A stretch of DNA of 64,000 nucleotides from NCBI GenBank assembly GCA_030704615.1, contig CM060731.1, positions 22,196,001 through 22,260,000 of the forward strand, written 5' to 3'. Below the pieces are notes generated by a model, which saw only the letters and a list, made by a program, of their open reading frames with translations, did no database searches and was not told the origin of the DNA. Origin of the DNA: Takakia lepidozioides (lineage: Eukaryota; Plantae; Bryophyta). A program made the translations under genes and the position numbers. Positions 12,646 through 25,800 of the stretch are shown here, piece by piece. Each line of letters opens with the position of its first letter. Positions within the stretch are counted from its first letter, which is position 1.

Positions 12646-14824
12646 TCCTTGACCTTGTATCATGAAAGTAGCTAGCTTTTATTGAGGATTCAACCGACCA
12701 TCAACCAAAATGACCTCTTGTGTGTGTTGCTCATGTCTGTAGTCAGGTTATCTCAGATTGGTCTATGAGACCATTATCTCAGATTGGTCTATGAGACCAC
12801 CACGGTGCAGTTGGGTAGCCATAGTCTTAAACATGGCCTCCTAAGACCAAGCCGACCCTCACAAGTACCTCGTAAACACTAGGGAAACTACCTAATCATG
12901 ACAATGACAGTAAGAGCCAACACTTGCAACACGGATAAAATTTAGAAAGCCACACCTTGCAATTGCGGTTGACCCACCGTAGTGAAGGCTCTCTAAAAAC
13001 CTCATGCCAGCGATGCTCCATGCTCCGCAGTAAACCTTCATGCCCAAAACTTCCCAACATCAACATTTTCCCAAGTTCTTTATGGAGGAGTGCTAGTAAG
13101 CTTTCAGTAACATTCATACAAGTTCATTGGACTTTGCGGATCAAAGCGACATTCTAACCTCACTCAATAGAATTCAAACCACAAAAATATGAGCAGACCA
13201 AGTTCAATCAGACTCCTTCACATCCTACATGAAGAAAGCGCATCTTGTCGACGTCCCACCATTGTGAAGGATCTTGTGAACAGGCGAGGGGCCGCATTCG
13301 AATCGTCAGCTCCGCCATGTGCGTGCGGACAGGACGCGAAAAGCACGCAAGCATGATGATTGCAATCACCCTATGGCCATACATGACTATGTGTCACATC
13401 CTGGTATGTGAGGCCGGCCGTCACCATGGGATGATTGCAACACATGAATAAACGGATTTATGTGATACACGGCTGGGGGCCGGGCGGGCCCGAGGGGCGC
13501 TGGGGGTGGAGGGGGCGGGACGGGGTGGCGCGGGGAGGGGGGTGATGGGGGGAGGACCAGGGCCGCGGGGACCGCGCAGGAGCTGCGAAGTGGGCGCGTC
13601 TGGGGCGTGGGGGGGTGCCACGCAGGCAGGACCCTTGGGCTCGCATTAAACTCCCGGGCCTTTTCTAATGTGCGCCGAAGAAGAGGAACATGAAGACAGC
13701 CGGGGGGGGGGGGGGTGTTCCATCCTAGATGCAGGTCTCCCGTCCCCCTGGGATGATGCGATAGTGTCACTAACTGCAAATTGCCAGATTTTTTCATTTT
13801 TGCCATTTGGACTGAACTGCATATGATTGACGTGGGGAGTTCGATCCCTCGGCAGCAGGAGCAGCTCAGACACGGCATGTGACCGTATACCATTCACAAT
13901 AAGAACTGACCAAAGTAAAATGCCACTGGCATTCAAGTGAAGTAGGCCCTTTCCCTAATGCTATTCCCTGCTAGTATGACAGTCGGTGATTGTCTGTTTG
14001 CCACATCAATTTAATTCAAATGTTTTGGTAGGACTTCCTGTCTAAGGAGAACGTAGCTGCCATTTGAAAGGAAGGAGATGCTTCCATGGTGGAACAGAAA
14101 TCTGCTTTAGCGCCCACGGTTATGTCAAGTGCAGGGTCGTGTTCTTCAAGACAGGGCCAAGAACCTGAAACAACATTTTTAGAGGCCGATTCCTAAATAA
14201 CCCGTGGCGAAAGGAGGCTTGAAAGCCTTGGATATTGGAAGCTCAATTGGCTCTACAATATGACCGAGTTCCTATTCTAGGAACATCTGCAAACAGTTGA
14301 GCAAAGGGTCGAGGCTTGCTTGGAATTAGGCTAGAAGCACTAGGCTTGGTGGGTTGATGGAGAGATGCTACACACCACACCCAGGGTTAATGCACAAGCA
14401 TAAATTAGTGTTGACATAGTGTTGAGTACCACTTGTGATTCAGTGGCAGCACATCAAGGTACACCCAGTCACAGTATCGTTCTATGTACAACTTCTACAG
14501 ATAAGTGTCTGACAGGTAACGCGGAGCAAGAATATATGATATGTTTTCAGGGACTCAATTTCTCGTGAACTCTCGAAGCAATCAGTTGCACATGACTCAT
14601 AAAACAGCCGACACAGAGGAGCACGATATGAGGATGAAATCGTTCGAACTCAGATTCTATTGTTCATGAAGCCGTGCACATGGGAGGCATTACTCCTCCT
14701 TGGTGTTTCCCAACGATCCTAGCCCAAAAGCTTCTCGAAACTACTGTACAGACCTAACTCTTCTAAGGATCTTGACATTCTCTGAAACTCTGTACAGGTG
14801 GGGAGGAGGTGAGGGGTAGCACGA

Positions 14825-17207
14825 TCAAACCCAGTCGTCATTTGCATTGTTAGAAGGGATATCCTCCGGCTTCTCTCTGTCTGGTTGAACCCAGCGCCCA
14901 TCGATAGCCCTCATCAGGCCCTTGTTTTCTGCCTGCCACCAGGAAGTAGGTACAGATAAGCTTGCTTTCAAGAACCCAGAAGACTTGTTCACCAAAGAAT
15001 GGTCCCTCCCCGTCGCAGAGGCGAAGGCCAATTTTTTCCCATGATAACCATCCACCAAGTGCAGATAGCCCTCCAAATCATGAAAGTCACTGTAGTCTAC
15101 ATCATTGGTGGCCTTCAAAAAAGGAGAAGCTTTATTGTCCACCTTCAGCTCCACACCAACATGACTGTACGTCCACGGGAGGCGATCAAGTAACGGGCTC
15201 ACAAAGTTTCTCAAAGCGCCCAGCTTGTAGAACTTCTCGTTGACAAAAACACCAGGGACTTTTGGGACAATGTCGTGTACATTCACAACTCGAAGAACGC
15301 TCACTCCGAGCTCTTCCACTCTGTCCCTGAACGCGTTATTCCCTACTCGGGGACCCGCAAATGAGAATACTGACACAGGAATTGATCCCAATGACGAAGG
15401 ATTCGTCATCTCGGAATCTACTTCTTGAAGTGGCTCCGATATTGTTGCTGACGGCGAAGAGAGTTTTCCTACGGAGGGTGTTTTGTTGAGTTGATCGTGA
15501 CCTTGCCGTGGTTTGTGATTCTCAGGTCGCTCATTTAGCTTGGATTTAGCAATATCGTAGGCACTGAGAACGGCAAGAGCTGCCCCAAGGCTATGGCCAG
15601 TGACGGTAATACTGAGCTCTTCATCAGCATATAGACTGACAAGCCTGCGAATTTCCTCTTTCACCTACAGAACATGCGATTACCATATTGAGATGACCGG
15701 TCAGGCTTTGAATTCTACTTGTTGAAAAGTGAGCTGAAAATGTACTCAATCAATATCGACAACATCCTGCCTTGAACATAGCAATAGCGTATAAATGTAG
15801 GTCATGGGGAAGGGAGCTGTCTAAGGCACCTGAATTAAAGACTTGGAATGATCGAGAACAACTTGGGCCTCCCAGGGTATCCGTGATCTCAAACAAATTC
15901 CAACATGGTTCAAATGGTTCTCAAGACACAAGACAGCCATTCAACATACCTGTTCAGCTGCACTGTTCTTGTTATATCTCGTGGTACCATCTTTGCAGGT
16001 ATATAGACTGAAGAATCCTTTCTCCACTTTCACGTTACTGCTCGCCTCCTCAGCGTTAAATTTGTCCGTGGATCTCGTGGGTATCAGATAATCCGTGAAA
16101 TCATCCACCCACTCTAGAGGCATTCCAGTGCCTCTCCAGGAGATGATAATGTCTCGTCTGCCTAGCCTCGTGATCTCATCTTCGTTGGTTGCAACAGCAA
16201 CGAACCCCATCCAATTGGAATCTAGGCTCCATGCATCAGGCTCTTTTGACCTGTGGAGAACCTTGGTTATGCGCAGGATATCGGACATGGCATATATGTA
16301 TCTAGTCACCTCGTAGCCACTGTCGCCCAACCCTACTTTCCCAAGAAGTTTCTTCTTGCAAAACCTGCAGCAAGACATGTACATAATATTTAGTCAGCTG
16401 AAGTTACATTAATACACTAACACAGTCTGTCAAACCTCAGCGCTGATAGGAAATGTAATTCATCTGCACATGTGCTTGGCATGCTCACAACCTGTTCAGG
16501 AGTAGCGATGTGGTCGATCTAGATGATCTAAAAACAATATCCATACTCTCGATCTCTCGTAGTAAAGAGAAACTTGTACGACAGATGACTTGATAATGTT
16601 CACTGTTGCCCCCTGTATATTTGGATCATTGGAAGCTTGAGAAAAGAGAGGCTGTGGAGAATACAAAATATTATCAGGGTTCAGACGATTAGGGTCACGA
16701 TTGAGATTATAGTACTGACCTACTGCTGCCGCAATACTTGGAAGTATTTTCATAATCAAATGCATCGTAGTTCGCTTGTGCGAATTCTCCGTACTTGATA
16801 ATCTCCTCTTGCAGCACCGGATCCATGGGGTCAAGCAAACCCTGCCAGTCGCCGGCACCTTGGATATCCCTCCACCTTTTAGCTACAGCTCCCCGGGGCT
16901 TACGACCCCCCTTGGCGTTGAGCTCTTCACGTTGAGCTGTTCGCTGCTCCATATTCAATCTTGCTTGAACGTTTTCCAGGTTTCTCTTTTCATCTTCATC
17001 CTTGTTATGCAGAGCTGGATCATCTACCCTCTTTGAACACAATATAGAGTCTTCAGAGGTGGCAATAGACTGCGCAGATGTTGGGTCGGCCGTCCTTAAC
17101 TGAATGTTAACGCTGTCTACTACTTCGTGCCACCTCAACACAATTTGCGAGCTAGGTTGCTTACGATGAGAGCTCATATAGTCTCCTGGAACTAGGCGGC
17201 TGACCAT
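14825..17207 (-). CDS. Phospholipase A1 / class-3 lipase (DAD1-like, PLA1-I type); exons 16720-17207, 15950-16364, 14825-15664; ~580 aa
   Basis: WRDIQGAGDWQGLLDPMD, YGEFAQANYDAF, SNWMGFVAV, WRGT, GHSLG catalytic motif, FAGPRVGN, RVVNVHDIVPKVP, HDLEGYLH. GT-AG junctions keep the frame (1743 nt in total). Confidence 0.93.
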
Positions 17208-17874
17208 TATGCTATTTCGATCTGTACCCGTTCGGATGGTTCCCTCTTATAACTACTGGAGAGAGGCAGTGATCTGTACCGAAGTTTTGTGTCCACGTAT
17301 GAGCTAGCAGAGCATTAAAAACTTACTTCTAAAGGGAGATGTATGTTTCTACGTTCGTGTCGGGCCCAAGTACAGCGACTGCAGAACCACAACAGCCAAA
17401 GTAGCACCAGTACGCAAAGAGAGTGAGAGTGAGAAAGAGTTTATAACGGTCAACGTAGGTCCAACAAGAGAGCTCTCATACTATCGGGAAAGATCCACGC
17501 AGAGCTCGGGTTGTCGTCGGTGTGAGAAGAGAAAGCTTGAGAGCGGCGTTGCAGACAGTGCAGTGATGGAACGAGGTTGCAGGAAACCAAGATGAGTCCA
17601 AATGTGTGCGATGATCAGAATATATATATATGCCGTCCACTTCTTAAGAACGCGTGCAAGAATATGTAGTCAACATTCCCGGCCGCTCTATCGTGGACTT
17701 GGTGTGCCTCAGTGAGGTAGGGCCAGTTTCCATGTACAGTCGACCCTGGATAAATGTTACCTGTTATGTCACCCTTGATGTTATGAAATTTCAGCTGATG
17801 TCACGTGCTTTTATTTTGTAAGGGGCCTGCTTGCAGAGCCCACCAAAAAGAGGCGTAATAAAATGGTACCCTTA

Positions 17875-18394
17875 GAGCATCTCCAAGGGGGGGGTCCCTA
17901 AATGCCCCTGCAACGGCAAGGAGCACCCGGCCCTGGTATCCGCGCCCCGGGGCCGTACTTTCGTGCAGGATAGCGGCCCGCCAGACTCGGCCGGTACCTG
18001 CTGGAGCGACTGAAAACACGACTGCCTGCATTTATGGCGCGAGGGTAAGGTGGCGTTCGTCCCTCCGGAGCAAGGCACGTCAGCCGAAAAGACATGTGGA
18101 GGGTAGTTTGATGGGGTTGCTGCTGGGGGAGGGGAGTGTTGGAGGCCGGATGAGGGTACCTGCACATGTAATTTTTTGATGACGTGCCTTGCTGCAGAGG
18201 GACCACTTGGCAGACACCGCCTTACCACCATGCCATAAATGCAGGCTGGTGTGATTTTTAGTCGATCCAGCAGGTACAGGCCAGGCTGACGAGGACCCCT
18301 ATCCTGCACCAAAGTACGGCCCGGGGGTGTGGATACCAGGGCCGGGGACTGAGTACCATTACCTTGGCATTTAGGGACACCGGTGCGGATGCTC
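17875..18394. mobile_element. Tourist / PIF-Harbinger MITE
   Basis: Terminal GAGCATC...GATGCTC, TTA on both sides (17872-74 and 18395-97), and long imperfect subterminal inverted arms (~17928-17973 vs ~18298-18343). Confidence 0.85.
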
Positions 18395-18478
18395 TTACCC
18401 TCCTTATTAGTATTTTCAGGCGGTGGTGGATGCTTATCGAAGGTGGCCCCATCCTCTATATAAAAAAGCCGTGTCTAC

Positions 18479-19467
18479 CAATGTTGTGCGGTTCTTGCCA
18501 TATTGAAGGAACCTCCGGTTCCGGTTCCTTGGTATATTTAAAGAGACGGATCCGGTTCTTTTTTATGAAGCAGTTCTGGTTCCAAAATTCATGAGCAGAT
18601 TCCGGTATTTTTTGGGAAGGAACCGCCGGTTCCAGTTTCCGGTTCCGGTTCTCTATTTTCTGAATTTAAAATATATATGAAAGTTTTTATCGTTCTTTAT
18701 AAATCTGAAAATGATTTGTGAATCCCCATTAGTTATATCAAATCTTTTGACCATGTTGAAAAGAAACAACACAACATTTATATACAAATTTATGAAATAA
18801 TAATAATGCAATGTAAGCGATTATAAATTAATGTGTATAGAGTACACAAAGAAATCATTTTATCTCAAACAACTCGGCCTTTGCAATCAACTCCTCGTTG
18901 TCATCTAAGTGGACTTCCTCACTATTCAAAAACAGACGTGAGAGACGATACAAGGTGGAAAAATAAAATAAATAAATAAATTGCTGCCTACGATGCTACC
19001 TCCCTGCGCTGCTCCCTCCCTGTGTTGATGCTCGCGCTTCTGCACACCGCGCAGGTGGGAGGTGCGAGACTACAAAAACCAAGAAAACCAAAAAGAAAAC
19101 GAACGCAGCTCCCTCCCTCACGCGCTGAGGTGCATTGCTCCTTCCTTCCCGTGCTGATATGCGCTGCTCCCTCCCCCGCACTGAAGTCGCGCTACTACAG
19201 CAGATCGCGCAGATTGGAGGTGAGAGACGACAGATCACGGAAAAAAAAACAAAAAAAAAACAAAAAAAAAAACCCTAGTGCGGAACCGGATCCGGAACCG
19301 CCACTGACCCCGGTTCCAGTTTCCAGCCGATTCTTGGAAAAACCTATACCCGCCGGGTCCGGTTCTGGAACCGGCCCGTCCCTGCTCCCCCGGTTCCGAT
19401 TCCGGTTCCGGTTCCTGGGCACCGGTTTCGGTTTCAACCCGCCTAAGCGGGTACACGCACAACACTG
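18479..19467. mobile_element. Non-autonomous hAT element
   Basis: TIR CA(A/G)TGTTGTGCG, 8-bp TSD GTGTCTAC (18471-78 and 19468-75), and subterminal CCGGTT/GGTTCC arrays. Confidence 0.9.
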
Positions 19468-19754
19468 GTGTCTACCTCCCATCGACCCATCGACCCGTGC
19501 TTCTACGCATACCCCCCTACTTCTATGCGTACAGGTGTGTGCAGCATGTGGAGCCATTTCCCTTCTCTCCAAGCCTCCCGTCGGCTGATTGGCTCTTCCC
19601 ATAGTGTCGGGTTGCCTGACCTTCAACTCTCCCCCCAATTAATCGTGGGTACTATATAGATATTCAGCCCAGTTATAAAAGGCAGTCATCGTCGTCCGGT
19701 CAATTCGCCACTAATGTGTATGAGGACTTGAGAATTTGCTTTTGGACATCCATA

Positions 19755-20700
19755 TTGCCTTGGTTACAAGTTACAACTAATAATACCCTACCCCAATAGT
19801 CGGTTAGATAATTATTAATTCAAATTCAAAGTGCCCAAAAACAAATGCCTAACACGTTTTGGGAATTTTTCAGATATTGTCCTAATTGGTTGGAAAGTAT
19901 GGGACAAAAATACCGACAACCATGTTGCATTGGTTACAAGTAACAACTAATATCGGATCCATATATTCGGTTAGGCAATAACCAATTCAAATTCAAAGTC
20001 CAACGCCGCGTTTGGGGAATAAGTTTTCAAATTTATCCTAATTGCTTGGAAACTATGGGACAAAAATACCAATAACCATGTTGCATTGGTTACAAGTAAC
20101 AACTAAACCAACAGTCAGTAGCTCAGTCGGTAAGTGCACTGAGCGTCACCCAGATGATTCTATGTCAAAACCTGTTACGGGTGTGGTGCATTCTTCTCCC
20201 CCTTCCCTGCTCCCCCTTCCCTGGGCAGTGTCCCATCGGAAAGCCTTCAGGGCGACGTTACTGTGAAAGAGGTTATTTTCTATTCTCATTATCAAGGGGC
20301 CTGATTTGTGAGCTGTCGCTCCAAGGTTTCCCTTTGCAAAACAAAAACAACTAATATCGTATCCAATATATAACCGGTTAGGCAATATTAATTCAAATTC
20401 AAAGTGTCTAACGCATTTGGGGACTTTTTCAAAGTTTGTCCTAATTGCTTAGAAACTATGTACCCCAATTCATTCTGGGAGTTTCAGAAGGTCAGAAAAA
20501 CCGGACACTGTGGGAACAGCCAATCGCGTGCGAAATGCCGACAACCATGTTGCATTGGTTACGAGTTACAACTAATATCATATTTGGATAACCGGTTAGG
20601 CAATAATTAATTCCAATTCAAAGTGTCTAACGCGTTTTGGGAATTTTTCAAATTTTGTCCTAATTGCTTGGAAACTATTGGACAAAAGTGCCTATCTTCG
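19755..20700. repeat. Degenerate tandem repeat, about 4 units of roughly 160-220 bp
   Basis: Recurrent TTGCATTGGTTACAAGTAACAACTAA...ATTCAAATTCAAAGT...TCCTAATTGCTTGGAAACTATGGGACAAAA starting near 19755, 19925, 20081 and 20550. Confidence 0.8.
20107..20345 (+). mobile_element. tRNA-derived SINE inserted in the tandem repeat
   Basis: A-box TAGCTCAGTCGG (~20119), degenerate B-box GTCAAAACC, A-rich tail, and TSD AACAACTAA (20098-20106 and 20346-20354). Confidence 0.75.
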
Positions 20701-20715
20701 AATTCGAGTTCAAAC

Positions 20716-21730
20716 CAGTGTTGGATTGGTATCACAAAAACCCATATTTCCCAAAATTGGTATGGTTATGGTATTGGGGTAAGAGGCCGGGTAGGGTATA
20801 GGAGGGGTATCAATAACCTAAATTTGTGGATGTATAGCAGTAGGGTATCAATATTTGTTTTTTTCCACTCATATGGGGAATATTTGCCCGAGCAGGTATA
20901 TGAAATATTCAATATATTCAGCAAAATATTCAATAACCTAAGAAAACATTGACCTTCACAGGATCACAATTACAACACAATGCACTCTTTTATCTTCTAC
21001 TTTCACTCTTTCTCTTTTAGATGCATACCCCATAGTTCATAGATCACTCTTCAGTAGCCTCCTTGGCTGTTCACTGTTCGCCTCTTCCCTGGACTCACTC
21101 AGTGTCCAGGGTCATGTGTTGGGCAGATGCCCGTTTCTAGATTGTTCGCATTCTTGGTTCTTGTTCATCATTATGTTATAGTTTTCCGGGTTATCCGTCA
21201 CCATCTGTCGTGAGTTTGGGCCTTATGGCGGTCTTTAGGCCTACAAGGGTTTTCATTTTTCCCCCTTCAATAATCTTAATAAAATTTCGCATGGGCTACC
21301 TCACCTTTTCGCAAAAAAGAAATAAAATGCACACACACTATACCAGAGTGGAGCTCACACACATTGCACATTAAGTATCAAAAATATACGTACAGGTCTA
21401 CACTAGCTTCAGCTGGCATCATATATATATATATATATATAAGATGCCATAAATGTCATAAATGCCCATGATTTCCCTTGCCCTAACTCCACACATACGC
21501 CTACTATGCCGTTTAGAGGCTCACATACTAGTATCAATAGCGATCTTGTGCATCGCAATACCCGACAGGCATGGTATACACCGTAGTATGGAACGTTGAG
21601 GTATGTATTGCCCCTAGTATGGTATTGCCGGGGTATTGGCCACCCTACCTACCAGCCGGGTATAGTCTTACCTACCCGGTTGATATCAGTATTGATACCC
21701 GGGTTGGACCTATATACCGGTCCAACATTG
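20716..21730. mobile_element. Non-autonomous hAT element
   Basis: TIR CAGTGTTGGA.TGGTAT / ATACCGGTCCAACATTG, 8-bp TSD GTTCAAAC (20708-15 and 21731-38), and GGGTAT/ATACC subterminal motifs. Confidence 0.9.
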
Positions 21731-22864
21731 GTTCAAACCTTTCCAATGTTGTTTGTAATAAGACGAAAATTTCATTGACATATGCAAGTGGAACAATCGT
21801 TCTACAAATCCCAATTTATCTACAAGAGTTTGATGTAACTTCCAAAAGGCCTTGCATGGACTCAATCCTCATCCCTAATCATCATGATCTCTCCATCTAC
21901 CTCATCCATCATATTGAGATCAAGGATTTTCTCATCTTCTATGTGCATATTTCCAAGATGAGAGGAGAATCAGGCTGGTGTCATTTTTCGTTTTGGAGAA
22001 GTCCGCACCCTAACATTTTATCATTACAAATAGAGTGGCAAAGCTCAAGCTCAAAATATATTTAAACTAAGGATTGTGGGTAACTTGGATGCATCATTTA
22101 GATGGAGTGAGATCGGGCAATCACCGTCAAAGGGCTGTCCTCCTTTTCACCTGAAGAACCTTCACGTGTCTTGCTGCTCGAAGTCTTTTTCTTCCTACAA
22201 TAATGTAAAACTGATTTCGCAACCACATATATATCTTTAGGCTGTCACCTATAGGTGATACTACCAAAGCTAAATGTCGCAAGGGTATCATGATTCAAGG
22301 AGACGTCGTGCACCTAAGCATCGTGCCACAACATACATCGTTGTCCATCACATATTCTAAGCATACAATCCTAGAAAGCTATGCCACAATGATAAGAGAT
22401 GAGAAATGAGAGACACTTGAACTAAATCCAAGTGTTAAATACAAATAACTAGTTTTATTCTAGTTAGTTTCACACTATGTTTATTTAGCTTGACAGCTGT
22501 CGTGCGCATACATATCGCTACACAACTACATCGCTGTCCAAACCACACCATACATATATGCACAATAAAGTAGTCTGCCACAATCGCCCCCCTAGCTGGT
22601 GGATAGGTCCCTCTAACTCCAGATAGCTACAAGATGTAATAGCCACAGCCGTACTAAGTCCTCTATCACTGTCCCTGTTGTACTCAAACTCTGTAGACCA
22701 AGAGGCCGGGTACAAGAGTAGCCCCATCGTTAGTCGTCGTCTTGCAATCTGTGAACTTGAGCCAGAATCTCGTGTGTTCAAGGTCTCCTAGTAGCTTGGC
22801 CTTGCATTTATTGTTAGTCTCCCATGGTTGTATCCACTCCCACTATCCAATGCAATGTGGACAT

Positions 22865-25800
22865 TGTTAGAAGTCAGCTCAGATTTAGTTAGCTAGGGTT
22901 CTGTTAGGGTTTTTTGACGGCTAGGGATAGTTCTACCAGAAGGTTCCAGCCACCAGAAGTTTCTAGAGAACTCATGTAGGATTTAAGAGAAAGGCTGAGG
23001 CAATGCCCAACACTTCTTCTAGCATTTTGGATGTGCTATCCTAGTAGATTGCAGAGAGAGGAGGAGGAGAAGTCCAGCATCTACTTTTGTAAGTTCTTTT
23101 CTTTTGCAGTAAGGAGCATTCTTGTTAGGACTGACACTTCTTGTTAGTACTAACTCTTTGGTTGGTTTAGGCTGTCAGTTTTTGTACTGCTGCTTGTGCT
23201 AGAAGCTATCTGTCAATATCACTAGGAGGTAGAGGACAGGTCTAGTTTCCAACAGGTTATGGGCCCACAAGACGTTACAACTACTTGGACAGTTGAGCCA
23301 CTGGATGGCAACAACTATAAGAGTTGGATCTACACGATGCAGCTCCTACTCTCTTCAAAGAGCCTATGGTCAATAGTGGCTAAAAAGCCTTCAGAGGATA
23401 ACCTGAAGGAGGAGAGATGGATCCAAAAGAATGAGCTTGCAATGGCAGCTCTAGTCACAAACATGAGATCAAAGCTGGTAGTTTTGGTAAGGAATCTTAC
23501 AACTGCTCATGAGGTCTGGCAGACCTTAAGTGAGGTGTATGAGGCAGATGCGATGGGGAAAGCATATGTCCTATGGAAACAGCTCATGGACTTGAGAATG
23601 AGAGAAGGTGAGAGTGTAGCCATTCACATTGCCACTGTTAAAGCCATGTGTCTGGAGATAATTGATGCGGGAGAACCCATGACTGAATCACTTCAGATCA
23701 TGACCTTGTTTGGCACCTTGCCAAAGAGTTATGACATGGTGGAAACCGCATTGGCTACTCATGGTAAGAGTAGACTGAGTTGGAAGTATGTCACTTCACA
23801 ACTCATCATGGAAGAAAGCAAGCTGACTAGGGGTAGCTCAAGTATGGACAATGCCCTGACGGCTACTTCCATCAAGAAAGATGGAGCATGTTTCCGATGC
23901 GGCAAATTTGGGCATTTCCAGAAGGACTGCAAGGTGAAGATTGACAAGCCCAAGAAGGACAAGTGGAGACCAAGGAAAGGGAAGTCTGTACATGCACATG
24001 TCGCTGACATGGGCAACGACAGTGAAGTTCACCTGTTTATGGCAGATGCAGCTTACAGTCGTGATGAAGACTACCTGCTGACTACTGAAGGAGAACACTG
24101 TGGAGATGAGTGGTATTTGGACTCTGGAGCTACTAACCACATGTGTGGGAGGAAGGAGTTGTTTCACAACTTGAAACCCATTCAGCCTAGGAGCGTAAAG
24201 ATGGGCAACAAGACGTTTTCTGTAAGTACGATGATGGGAGAAATCCCTGTCAACTTTATCAGAAAAGAGAGTAAGGTTACCCGTTGTACCCTTCAGAATG
24301 TCCTATATGTGCCAGACTTGGCAAAGAATCTGATCTCTGTTAGTACCTTGGATGAGCTTGGGTATGATGTCATTTTCAAAAACAATGCTTGCAGCATCCA
24401 GAAGGGCAACGAGGAACTCTGCTATGGAGTGAAGGAGCAGAGACTCTACAAGCTTTTGAGTACATCTGGAACTCAGGAGGAGGCCAATGTTGGGGACACA
24501 ATGGACACTGCACCATTGTGGCATAGAAGGTTGGGTCACTTGGGGACACAAGCGATCAAGGATCTTCAAAAGTTGGCGTTGGGATTGAATGTGGACTGGT
24601 CACATGAGCTACAGTTCTGTGAAGGATGTGCTAAAGGGAAACAGCACAAGTCATCAATGCCCAAGGAATCTGCCACAAGAGCCAAGGAGAGGCTGGAGTT
24701 GATACACACAGATGTGTGTGGCCCATGAAGACAACATCACTGGGAGGATCTAGGTACTTTGTCACCTTCACTGATGACATGAGTAGAAAGACTTTCTTAT
24801 ATCCCTTGAGAGAGAAAGGTCAAGTGCTGCAGGTCTTTAAGCAATTTGTGCATGAAGTAGAAAACCAGCTGGACCTCAAAGTCAAGGTTCTGAGGAGCGA
24901 TGGTGGGGGAGAATTCCTAAATCAGGAATTCAAAAACTATCTTGCTGAGAAAGGCATAAAGAGCCAAGTAACAGCGAGGGACAGTCCAGCCCAGAATGGA
25001 GTGGCAGAGAGATTAAACAGAACACTGGTTGAGAAGGCTAGATGTATGCTACAGACCTCAGGCCTTGGACCAGAGTTTTGGGGAGAGGCGATCAGCACTG
25101 CCACCTATCTGAAAAATTTGAGTCCCACGCGAGCTTTGAAAGACATGATTCCAGAGGAGGCGTGGAGTGGGAAGAAGCCAAACCTGAAGCATCTAAGAGT
25201 TTTTGGTTGTGCTGCTTATGCATTGATACCTGACGGGCAAAGGAGCAAGTTGGATGCCAAGTCAGAAAGATGTATCTTCATTGGGTATGATCTGGGATGC
25301 AAGGGGTACAAGGTCTACAATCCTAGAACCAAGAGGTCAATCAGGAGTAGAGATGTCCTGTTTGATGAGGATAATTTTGGGAAGGAGACAAAGCCCAAGG
25401 ACCTGTCCGTTCCTGTGATAATCCCTGATGTGGGAGAAAAAAAAGAGGAACAACCAGTAGTAAAGGTTTACACTCGAAGGGAGAAGGTGGCGAAGAAACC
25501 AGAAGAGGATGAAGATTCTGAAGATCGGGATCCTATTGACAAGGATGGGGGGCCTAGAAGGTCAGGAAGGATCAGCAACCCCCCAGAAAGGTTTGGAGCT
25601 AATGTGGCAGAAGGACTGACTGGTCTGACTATGGATAACATAGGGCAGATGGAAAGTTGTTTCCATGCCCTTGATGATGCAGAGGAGCCAGCCACCCTCA
25701 ATGACGCTTTGGCAAGGGATGATGCCAATGAGTGGGAGGGAGCTGTACTAGAGGAGATGAAATCTCTAAAAGAAAACCAGACTTGGGAGCTGGTAACACT

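Noticed and set aside
12748-12799. 26-bp tandem duplication TTATCTCAGATTGGTCTATGAGACCA
   Set aside because: An ordinary local duplication with no further context.
13470-13720. GC-rich G-tract region and Pro-rich ORFs 13387-13893
   Set aside because: Low-complexity sequence, probably the interior of a repeat; no TIR/TSD or protein motif could be confirmed.
19022-19638. ORFs of 188 and 147 aa
   Set aside because: They arise from hAT subterminal repeats and A-tracts.
20110-20185. tRNA gene
   Set aside because: Only the A box is good and no cloverleaf is evident; the tail and TSD indicate a SINE.
19755-20700. CRISPR-like array
   Set aside because: Long degenerate tandem units without unique spacers, in a eukaryotic context.
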